A stretch of DNA of 64,000 nt from an uncultured Anaerolineales bacterium (GTDB lineage Bacteria > Planctomycetota > Phycisphaerae > FEN-1346), in contig CAZIJC010000007.1 in the NCBI GenBank assembly GCA_964539385.1, forward strand, positions 1,193 through 65,192, read 5' to 3'. The notes under the pieces are model-generated. The model saw only the letters and a program-made list of their open reading frames with translations. It searched no databases and was not told the origin of the DNA. Both the position numbers and the translations under genes were made by a program. Below, piece after piece: positions 45,630 through 55,455 of this stretch (position 1 is its first letter; each line of letters starts with the position of its first letter).

Positions 45630-46634
45630 TTACGGGGCGGGCGGCTTCGCGTTGTGTTTCTCGAGGTTGAAGTTGACGGTGGGCAGCGGCTTGACCAGTT
45701 TGACGCCGGGCGGCAGGCCGACCACAACGGGCTCGCGCGGCAGCCACGAGCCCGGGTTGGGCTTGTCGTCCGCCGTCAGGACGAGTTGGACGCGAATATC
45801 CTGCGCTTTGAGACGTTCAACGGCCGGTGTGGGCCCTTCGACCTCCAACTCGACCCACCGGTCCGCCTCGGGCTGAAAGACGATGCGGTACCGGTTCAAC
45901 ATTTCGGACGGAGCCGAGATAAGAATCGGCAGCCGCCCGAACCCCTTCTTGGTGACCGCAGATTCCAGCATTGCCCTGACCGTGACGGTGGGCGGGTCGA
46001 ACGTTGCGTCGATGCCGTCGGGCCCGCCCAGTTTCGAATCGAGCAGCACGGGTTCCTTCAGTTGCTTGTCTTCGGGAAAGGTGGTGACTTCGACGTTGGC
46101 GACCGCGAATCGCCGACCCTCCGGCAGTTTGGTGAGGTCGGCTGCCGCGACGCGCGCCGTGACCTTGGCCGGCTCCGCATGAGGGTTCTTGGCCACAGCC
46201 CCGGTCACCTGGACCTTCACGTCAACCTCTTTGATGGTGACGAGGCGGCTGGCGTTGGCATAGATCTTGCCGTCGAACGTGCTGCCGCGCTCGTCCCGAA
46301 TTCCGGTGACAGAGATATTCCGCTCAATCCAATGCTGGAACCCGTCGTGCGCCGGAAGGACCAGCGGATTGGTCTTCAGTTCCGCTTCGGTCAGGTTAAA
46401 GCGGCAGACCTTGTCTTTGAGCGAGGCGTTGAGGCTTTCGAGTTCTCCTTTGGGGCCTTCGTATTTCACCGTCAACTGTTTCGGGTTGATGTTGCGGATC
46501 TGGAAGTCCGGCGGCCCGTTGATCACGACGGGCACGAGGTCTTCGCCCGGGCGTGTCTGTTCGAGGTCGGCCCAGACCCAGACGGCGATCGTCAGGACGG
46601 CGACGGCCAGAAATGTGCGTATGCGTTCGCTCAT
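45630..46634 (-). CDS. cdaR: YbbR-domain protein (CdaR-like regulator of diadenylate cyclase)
   Basis: N-terminal TM followed by repeated YbbR-like beta modules. Overlaps the cdaA stop (ATGA). Confidence 0.75.
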   Translation of the reverse strand: MSERIRTFLAVAVLTIAVWVWADLEQTRPGEDLVPVVINGPPDFQIRNINPKQLTVKYEGPKGELESLNASLKDKVCRFNLTEAELKTNPLVLPAHDGFQHWIERNISVTGIRDERGSTFDGKIYANASRLVTIKEVDVKVQVTGAVAKNPHAEPAKVTARVAAADLTKLPEGRRFAVANVEVTTFPEDKQLKEPVLLDSKLGGPDGIDATFDPPTVTVRAMLESAVTKKGFGRLPILISAPSEMLNRYRIVFQPEADRWVELEVEGPTPAVERLKAQDIRVQLVLTADDKPNPGSWLPREPVVVGLPPGVKLVKPLPTVNFNLEKHNAKPPAP

Positions 46635-47509
46635 GAGGCGGCTGTGTCTGTCGGTTTTTCAGGTTCAACGGGTTCCGGCGTTTCGTCGGCGGCGAGCGAG
46701 TGTTCGATCAATGTGGCCTCTGCACTGCGCAGGAGTTCGGTCAGTCGCTCTTTGAGCCGGTCGGGCGTGACGGCCGACTCCAGTTTACCGCCTTCGGCCA
46801 GCGAGATGCTGCCCGACTCTTCGCTGACGACAACGATGGCGGCATCGGTTTCCTCCGAGAGTCCCACCGCAGCGCGGTGCCGCGTTCCAAGGTGTGGATC
46901 GAGGATCGCATGGCGCGAGAGCGGAAACTCGCACCCGGCGGCGGCGATCCGACCGCCCCGAATCACCACGCCCATGTCGTGCAGCGGCGAGCCGGGCCAG
47001 AAGATCGTCGTCAGAAGTTCGCTCGTCAGTGCGGCGTCCAGACGGGTGCCCGTCTCTATGAGGGCCCCGAGACGGGTTTCGCGTTCCACGGCGATGATGG
47101 CGCCGACACGGTTTCGGCTGAGGGCAGCGGTCGCTCGGGCGATCTGGTCCACGAAGGCCGAGGCGCCTTCCTTCAGGAAGAAGCGAAAGAGCGGATTCTC
47201 GCCCAACCGCATCAGGCTGCGGCGAAGTTCCGGCTGGAACACGATCGCCGCCAGGAATGCCATAGCGGGCACGAGAAGACGGTAAAGGTCCCTCAGACGT
47301 TCCATGTGCAGGTAGTCCGACAGCAGACGCAAGAACACGAAACTCGTCACGAGCAGGAAGACAAACCCGCGGACCACACGGGCGCCGCGCGTGCCCCTCA
47401 AGCCGCGGTAAATCAGGTAAACAAGCAGCGCGATGACGCCGAACTCAATCGCGTCCGTCCACCCGAACGTCTCGTAAGTCCGCCCGAGGTAGTTCAGGAT
47501 TTCGGTCAT
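46631..47509 (-). CDS. cdaA: diadenylate cyclase (CdaA type)
   Basis: Three N-terminal TM helices followed by a DAC domain: GAIIAVE, LHDMGVVI (DGA-like block), GTRHRAA, VVVSEESG.ISLA. Confidence 0.93.
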   Translation of the reverse strand: MTEILNYLGRTYETFGWTDAIEFGVIALLVYLIYRGLRGTRGARVVRGFVFLLVTSFVFLRLLSDYLHMERLRDLYRLLVPAMAFLAAIVFQPELRRSLMRLGENPLFRFFLKEGASAFVDQIARATAALSRNRVGAIIAVERETRLGALIETGTRLDAALTSELLTTIFWPGSPLHDMGVVIRGGRIAAAGCEFPLSRHAILDPHLGTRHRAAVGLSEETDAAIVVVSEESGSISLAEGGKLESAVTPDRLKERLTELLRSAEATLIEHSLAADETPEPVEPEKPTDTAAS

Positions 47510-48732
47510 GACGCGTTCTCGTCAACCTGGGTGATGGCGGTCGCGACGGCGAGGGCCTGACGCACCTCCCGGACGTCGTGGACGCGAAGCACGAGCGCGC
47601 CGGCCGCCACGGCCAGGCTGCACGCGGCGGCGGTCCCGTACACCCGCTCCGACGGCGTTTCGACGTCGGCCAACGTGCCGATGAAACGTTTGCGGCTGGG
47701 GCCGACCAGGACGGGCGCGCCGAGCGTCCGCAACTGACCGAGCCGCGCCAGGATCTCAAGGTTATGCCGAACCGTTTTGCCAAAACCGATGCCGGGGTCG
47801 ATGAGGATGCCGTCCTCAGGCACGCCGGCGTCTGCGGCTATCTGCATTCCCCTTCGCAGGTAGCGGCAGATGTCGGCCATCAAGTGGTCGTAGTGCGGGT
47901 GGTCCTGCATCGAGCGCGGTTCGCCGAGCATGTGCATGATAACGACTCCGGCGCCGGTTTCGGCGACCGCTCGGGCCATGTCGGGGTCGCCCTGGAGGCC
48001 GGTGACGTCGTTGACGAGGCATGCCCCGGCAGCGACCGCTTCGCGGGCCACGCGCGCGTGGCGTGTGTCGATGCTGACGGGGACGTCTATCCGCGAAGCG
48101 AGCGTCTCGACGACCGGCAGCACGCGGGCGAGTTCCTCTTGTTCCGTGACCGGGTCGCTCCCCGGGCGGGTGGACTCGCCGCCCACGTCGATGATGTCGG
48201 CGCCTTCTTCGACGAGCCTGTCGGCACGGGCGACGGCGCTGCTCGACTCCAGCCATTTGCCGCCGTCGCTGAAACTGTCGGGCGTCACGTTCAGGATCCC
48301 CATGACGGCCGGATTGGGGCCCACGGTCAACCGTCGTGCCCCCATGCGTATCTCGAAGCGGGTGCGCGCATGGTTGTCCAGAGCGCGTCGGACCTCCTCG
48401 CGGACGGCCGCCGCCTCGGGCGCAGCGTCGGCGGACCGCGTGAATAGGGCCTGGAATTGGCTCCGCGACCCGATGAGGACGATATCGACCTTGGCCGGCC
48501 GGGACCCGGATGCGCGTTGTGGTGTAACCACGTCGCCGCCGGCCTCAAGCATCTCGGCTTGCAGAAGGCCGGCCTGCGCCGCGGAAAGGTTCTCCAGCGC
48601 CAGTGCGACCGTGTTGCTCCCAGGGAGCACGTATTGGGTGGCCGGCGCAGCGTGGGTGCGGCCGATTTCCTCGAGGACCGGCCTGGCGTTCGCTGCCGCG
48701 ATGACTCGGGCGTTCAGTCTCAGATGGGGCAC
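47506..48732 (-). CDS. folP: dihydropteroate synthase with an approximately 140-aa N-terminal extension
   Basis: ORF 47506..48834 trimmed to the GTG at codon 35 (GAGGA 8 nt upstream, 20 nt after the ftsH stop). Pterin-binding core: MGILNVTPDSFSDGG, DVGGESTRPG, NDV.G. Confidence 0.9.
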   Translation of the reverse strand: MPHLRLNARVIAAANARPVLEEIGRTHAAPATQYVLPGSNTVALALENLSAAQAGLLQAEMLEAGGDVVTPQRASGSRPAKVDIVLIGSRSQFQALFTRSADAAPEAAAVREEVRRALDNHARTRFEIRMGARRLTVGPNPAVMGILNVTPDSFSDGGKWLESSSAVARADRLVEEGADIIDVGGESTRPGSDPVTEQEELARVLPVVETLASRIDVPVSIDTRHARVAREAVAAGACLVNDVTGLQGDPDMARAVAETGAGVVIMHMLGEPRSMQDHPHYDHLMADICRYLRRGMQIAADAGVPEDGILIDPGIGFGKTVRHNLEILARLGQLRTLGAPVLVGPSRKRFIGTLADVETPSERVYGTAAACSLAVAAGALVLRVHDVREVRQALAVATAITQVDENAS

Positions 48733-48751
48733 GGCGCGGTTCCTCGCGCTG

Positions 48752-50713
<1,962 letters not shown>

Positions 50714-50782
50714 TGTAGTACGGTTTTCTGCACCGGCGGTTGCCTTGTGGCGGCGCGTTGCGGTGGGCGGCCGCCGAGGAGA

Positions 50783-51286
50783 TTACCAGTCCTTTTCCAT
50801 GGCCTCGACAATGCGTTCGGCGAGGCGGCGTGTGGCCTCGACGGTGGCGGAATCCTGTGTCTCGCCGACTGCGCCGGCGTAGGTGGCGGCCCCGGTTATG
50901 CGGTCGCGCCGCTTGAGGATCTCTCCCGTCCGCAGGTCTTTCCATTCGAACCAGCAGGTGATGGCGACCTGAAGGTCCTGCGGCTGGTCGCTGTCGGTAT
51001 CTTCCGAGAGGACGGAGGCCCGCAGCCAGGCGATCTCGCCGCGCAGTTCGGTGTCGGCCCGCTTACGGTCGTGGACGACCTTGTAGGGCGTGCGGAGTTC
51101 GATGAACTTGACGACCTGACGCGTCAAGTCGAACTCGAGTTCCCTGCGGAAGTCCTTCGACGAGAAAATGGGGACGGCCACCGTTCGTACGTCGCCGCGA
51201 TGCAACGGCTGCATCGAATAGCCGCACCCCGCCGCCAGCACGGCAGCCGTACAGAGAACCAGCACCCTAGCACGCACGGTGTTCAC
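50783..51286 (-). CDS. LptE-like outer-membrane lipoprotein
   Basis: ORF 50783..51421 trimmed to the GTG at codon 46, which overlaps the upstream stop (GTGA). Lipobox LAAGCGY. Size and pattern resemble LptE/RlpB. The assignment is tentative. Confidence 0.55.
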   Translation of the reverse strand: MNTVRARVLVLCTAAVLAAGCGYSMQPLHRGDVRTVAVPIFSSKDFRRELEFDLTRQVVKFIELRTPYKVVHDRKRADTELRGEIAWLRASVLSEDTDSDQPQDLQVAITCWFEWKDLRTGEILKRRDRITGAATYAGAVGETQDSATVEATRRLAERIVEAMEKDW

Positions 51287-52572
51287 TTGGTTGGCTCCTG
51301 CTCGTCGGTCTCTTCGGCCGGGGTCTCCGGTTCTGCGGTTGCCTTCCGGCGGCCGGCGAACTCGGCCGGAGGCCCCATCTGCACCGGACCGGCCAGGAAC
51401 GTCCCGGCCTTTGCGCTCCATGATGAGTCGGCGAATCGCTCTCGCAATCGCTCGGCGTAATACGCCGCCGCCAGCGGCTGTCCGGCACGGTGGTATCGGG
51501 CGGCCACCTCGTAAAGCGACTGGGCTTGTAAGTCGCGCACCTGGACGAGCAGTTCCGGCACGCCCCGGCGTGCGGCCTCGTCCGGGAACTTCTTTCGGTA
51601 CTGCCGCAGCCGATCGTACGCCAGCCGCAACTCGGTTACATCATACCGCGGGCCTGCGCAATTTTCGATAGCGCATTTTGCGCGTTGGAGTTCCGCGTGG
51701 AGGATGGCGTCTCCGTTGGGATACTCGCGGCAGTACTTGTCGTAGTAATCCTCGGCCTCGGTCCATTTGTGCTTCGACCAGTAGTGGTTGGCGATTCGGA
51801 GGATGACGTCATCGGCCAAGTCGCCGGCCGGCTGGTGCTCGTAGACGCGGCGCAGGATCTCGATGGCCTCGTCCTCGCCCGACAGAAGGGGTATGCCGAG
51901 GATGCGGCGGCGCACGGGGCCGAGGAGCAACTCGGCGATCTCGATCTCTTTCAGCAGCGCGGCGCGGTAGTGGACGCTGCCGGCGTACTGGGTGATAAGG
52001 TTCTCGTATTGATCGTACGCCTTGTAATACTCCTTCCGATCGAAGAGGGACCCGGCCCGCAGCCACATGGCCTCTTCGCGGTGGGCCGAACCGGGGTAAT
52101 CCTTGATGAGTTTCTTGAAGTCCTTCTCTGCCGAGCGACGGTTGCCGGCGCTGAGCCGGTCTTCGGCCCGGTCGAAAAGGACCTTGTCGGCGTTCCGGTT
52201 CGCCTCGCGTTTCCACCACTGCCGCTTCCACCATGGCGTCTGGGCATCGGCCGGTTTTTTCGGCTCACCGGGCGTCGGGGCAGCAGGCCCGGCCTTGGGC
52301 GGCGCGGGCGTCCTGGGTTTCGGCGCGGGCGGCGGCTCTTCCGGTTTCGGAGTCGGCGAAATCGGTTCCTTCGGCGGCCTGGGCGGCGCCTTGGCGGGCG
52401 GCGTCTTGATGGAAGGCAGAGGCGGCTCCGACGGGTCCACGTACATCCACCGGCCGTTGCGCCACACCCAGCCCGCCTGGACGGTAAGTGCGCAGCCCAG
52501 GAGCAATCCAACGACCGTCAACCAGGTGGCAGCACGTCGCACGTCGGTTGTCCTCTCACCTCCGGCAGGCAT
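51283..52572 (-). CDS. BamD/YfiO-like TPR lipoprotein with a long Pro-rich linker
   Basis: Lipobox LLLGC, an approximately 90-aa P/K/A-rich spacer, then BamD-like TPR helices (FKKLIKDYPGSAHREEAMW..., YENLITQYAGSVHYRAAL). Confidence 0.65.
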   Translation of the reverse strand: MPAGGERTTDVRRAATWLTVVGLLLGCALTVQAGWVWRNGRWMYVDPSEPPLPSIKTPPAKAPPRPPKEPISPTPKPEEPPPAPKPRTPAPPKAGPAAPTPGEPKKPADAQTPWWKRQWWKREANRNADKVLFDRAEDRLSAGNRRSAEKDFKKLIKDYPGSAHREEAMWLRAGSLFDRKEYYKAYDQYENLITQYAGSVHYRAALLKEIEIAELLLGPVRRRILGIPLLSGEDEAIEILRRVYEHQPAGDLADDVILRIANHYWSKHKWTEAEDYYDKYCREYPNGDAILHAELQRAKCAIENCAGPRYDVTELRLAYDRLRQYRKKFPDEAARRGVPELLVQVRDLQAQSLYEVAARYHRAGQPLAAAYYAERLRERFADSSWSAKAGTFLAGPVQMGPPAEFAGRRKATAEPETPAEETDEQEPTK

Positions 52573-52644
52573 CCCCGGCTTCCGTCGCGGTCACCGTGAC
52601 CGCGGCAGCCTCCCTATTATAACGCGTCAACGGCGTCTGGGTAG

Positions 52645-53394
52645 TTAAACGTATCTGGCGGCCGAGAGTTCTTTCCCGGCCAATTCCGCCACGGTTGCCA
52701 CCAGCACGTCCCGCATCTCGCGGGCGGTGCGCTGGCTGAGCCGTACGCGCCGAACCTCGCTCCAGTCGGCGCCCGCGAGAAACGCCATGGCCTGGGCGGT
52801 TTTGGCTGTCAGACGATGGATCTTCCCCTTTCCCTCGGGGCGGCACTGTGGGCACACCGGACCACCCAGGCCGGCACTGTACCGGAGGGGCTTGTGGCTG
52901 TCGAGCGGGCGGTCGCACTGGACGCACCGGCCCATGTCCGTCCCGTATCCGAGCAGCGCCAGCAGCCGCCACGTAAAGGCAAACGTGACGGCCCGGCTTG
53001 CTTCGGCTTCGGCCTCAGCCAGCAACTCAAACGTTCGGACCACAAGGTCGAAGACAGGCGGCTGCGGGTCGAGGTCCGGCACCAGCGCCATGACGAGTTC
53101 CGTGGCGAGCGACGCCCCGTAGAACGCCGGCAGTTTTCGGTGCAGACCGTCGAAGCGGTCGGTCTCGTACAGTTCCATGAGGGTGGCCAGGCGGTTCGGG
53201 TTGCTGATGCTGAAGACGGCCTCTCCGAGCGTCCATCGGTCGAGCGGGCCGCTGAACGGATTCTGTCCGCGTTTCGAGCCCTTCGCCAGACACCGAAGAC
53301 GGCCAACCTCGCGGGCCAGCAGTTCCACGACCTGGCTGGTCTCGCTCCAGTCGCGGCATCTTAGCAGAAGCACCGTTGACTTATGGACGGGCAC
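52645..53394 (-). CDS. recO: DNA repair protein RecO
   Basis: ORF 52645..53520 trimmed to the GTG at codon 43 (GAGAGG 7 nt upstream). OB-fold N-terminus and the zinc finger CVQCD...CPQC. Confidence 0.88.
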   Translation of the reverse strand: MPVHKSTVLLLRCRDWSETSQVVELLAREVGRLRCLAKGSKRGQNPFSGPLDRWTLGEAVFSISNPNRLATLMELYETDRFDGLHRKLPAFYGASLATELVMALVPDLDPQPPVFDLVVRTFELLAEAEAEASRAVTFAFTWRLLALLGYGTDMGRCVQCDRPLDSHKPLRYSAGLGGPVCPQCRPEGKGKIHRLTAKTAQAMAFLAGADWSEVRRVRLSQRTAREMRDVLVATVAELAGKELSAARYV

Positions 53395-53412
53395 GGGCGC
53401 CTCTCGCAAAGC

Positions 53413-53574
53413 AATGATGAATGACGAAGGAGAGAATGACGAATGAAAGACGAAACGGCAATGACGAATGACAGAGGCGCTGAGCCGATCATCCCCCTTG
53501 CCCGTGGCGCGCGTCGCCATTGGTCATTCGTCATTGTTGTTTGATTCGTCATTCGGATTTCGTCATTTGTCATT
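53413..53574. repeat. AT-rich imperfect inverted repeat of about 160 bp (MITE-like or long hairpin), with 3+3 inverted copies of AATGACGAA
   Basis: Left arm 53413-53473 has AATGACGAA at 53420, 53435 and 53460. Right arm 53521-53574 has TTCGTCATT at 53527, 53545 and 53559. The arms align over about 55 nt. Confidence 0.8.
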
Positions 53575-54841
53575 CCGCCTTTGCGGCGGCGAGTTCGACC
53601 CTCAATCGTGTAATCCGCCGCTCCTCGGCCTCCAAGACGGTGATACGGAGTTCGTTGTGTTCGAGCGATTCGCCGGCCTTTGGGATGTAGCCGAGTTGGC
53701 TGAGAACGAAGCCGCCGACGGTTTCATAATCGTCGTCTTCCGGCAGGTGCACCTCCAATTCGTCGTTCAGTTCATCGATGTGGACGCGTGCCTCGACTTC
53801 GAAGGCACGTTCGCCGACGCGGCGGATCGATTTCGGCGGCTCCGGCTCGTACTCGTCCACGATCTCTCCGACGATCTCCTCGAGGATGTCCTCGATGGTC
53901 ACCAGGCCCGACGTGCCGCCGTATTCGTCCAGCACAACCGCCATGTGAACCTTGTTGACCTGGAACTTGCGCAGCAGTTCGTCGAGCGGTTTGGTCTCCG
54001 GCACAAACAACGCCCTGCGCATCACGTCCTCGACGGTAAGGTGCTCGGCCTTTTCGTCAAAGGCATGGTCCAGGAGGTCCTTGGCGTAGAGAATGCCGAC
54101 GATGGTGTCGAGATTGTCTCTGGTGGCGGGGATGCGGCTGTAGCCGGATTTGGCGATGAGACGGCGGGCGGCCTCGACGCTCTCGTGGGCGTCGAGGCTG
54201 ACGATATCGGTCCGGGGCGTCATGATCTGGCTGGCGTCGGCGCGGCGGAACTTCAGCACGTTCTCGATCATATCCACCTGGTTTTCTTCGATGGCGCCTT
54301 CGCGTTCGCCCTCGTCGGCGACGCTGACGATCTCCTGTTCGATGTCGCTGCCGGGCGCCGCGTCTTTCGGCACGCCCGCCAGCCGCCGCACCAGTCCGTC
54401 CACGACCCGGGATGCCGCAAGGACCGGGGTAAGGATGGCGCGGCAGAGGTGGCAAACAGGCAGAACCGTGGCGAGGACGCTTTCGGCGGCGCAACCGGCC
54501 CACGCGAGCGGAATGATCCCTGCGGCGACCACGCCCACGATTGCCGCCACCGCGCCGCCGATCAGCCAGCCGCCCGCGCCCGCGCCGAACCGACCCGTCG
54601 CCCACACCTCCGCCAGCACCACCAGGGCCACGACGCCGACCAGGTGCATCAAGCGGGTCATCTGAAGCAGGTCGTGGTGATGTTCGGACAGGCGCGGGAG
54701 TTGGGCGAGGCGGCCCTTCCGCTCGAGCGCCTCCTGGAGTCGGGCACGAGAAAACGAGCGAAGGGCATTATGGGTCAGCGCAGAGAACAGGGCGAATCCG
54801 GTTGCCGCCACACCGAGTGCGAACCATAGGTAGGGCTGCAA
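53570..54841 (-). CDS. CNNM/DUF21-CBS-CorC_HlyC transporter-associated protein (CorC/TlyC family)
   Basis: N-terminal 4-TM DUF21, CBS pair (IMTPRTDIV..., LDEYGGTSGLVTIEDILEEIVGEI) and a CorC_HlyC tail. Confidence 0.92.
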   Translation of the reverse strand: MQPYLWFALGVAATGFALFSALTHNALRSFSRARLQEALERKGRLAQLPRLSEHHHDLLQMTRLMHLVGVVALVVLAEVWATGRFGAGAGGWLIGGAVAAIVGVVAAGIIPLAWAGCAAESVLATVLPVCHLCRAILTPVLAASRVVDGLVRRLAGVPKDAAPGSDIEQEIVSVADEGEREGAIEENQVDMIENVLKFRRADASQIMTPRTDIVSLDAHESVEAARRLIAKSGYSRIPATRDNLDTIVGILYAKDLLDHAFDEKAEHLTVEDVMRRALFVPETKPLDELLRKFQVNKVHMAVVLDEYGGTSGLVTIEDILEEIVGEIVDEYEPEPPKSIRRVGERAFEVEARVHIDELNDELEVHLPEDDDYETVGGFVLSQLGYIPKAGESLEHNELRITVLEAEERRITRLRVELAAAKAE

Positions 54842-54851
54842 ACGGGTCCTC

Positions 54852-55334
54852 CTACTGAATCAACGGCTGGCCGGCGTACACGCACGGAAAACCGAACTCG
54901 GCCAGAAGGACGTCTTCCCGTGCGTGCATGCGTTTGGCGTCTTGCGGCGTGCGGTCGTCGTAACCGATCAGATGCAGCAGCCCGTGCACGAGGTACAGGA
55001 GCAGTTCGGCCTCCGGGTTGCCGTGGATGGCTTTGGCCTGGTCAAGGGCGCGTTCCGCCGAGGCAATGATCTCGCCGTTGATGCCGCCGTTGTCGCTCGT
55101 GTGGCCTCCGGGCCAGTCCAGGTCCTGGAGGGGGAAACTGATGACGTCGGTTATGGCGTCGCGGCCGAGATACTCGTTGCTGAGATCGCGGATGTGCCGG
55201 TTGTCCGTCAGGACGATGCTGAGGCTCTTGGCCGATCGGCCCTCTTCTTTGATGACGTGTCGAACGACTTGAAGAATGAGTTTCTTATCCAGGCGGACAT
55301 GATCCTGTAGATCCGTAATCTCGATCTTGGCCAT
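54852..55334 (-). CDS. ybeY: rRNA maturation endoribonuclease YbeY
   Basis: HGLLHLIGYDD zinc motif. 160 aa. Confidence 0.95.
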   Translation of the reverse strand: MAKIEITDLQDHVRLDKKLILQVVRHVIKEEGRSAKSLSIVLTDNRHIRDLSNEYLGRDAITDVISFPLQDLDWPGGHTSDNGGINGEIIASAERALDQAKAIHGNPEAELLLYLVHGLLHLIGYDDRTPQDAKRMHAREDVLLAEFGFPCVYAGQPLIQ

Positions 55335-55455
55335 GGCTACCCGCGCCCTTGCGTGTGTCTCCCGGTCAGCAGGTCATTAGGTTGGAACTCCGGCATCCCG
55401 CGAACGTCCCTGGCACGGGTACGGCTCGTGCCGTGGCCGTCTCGCCGGCCGCGCG

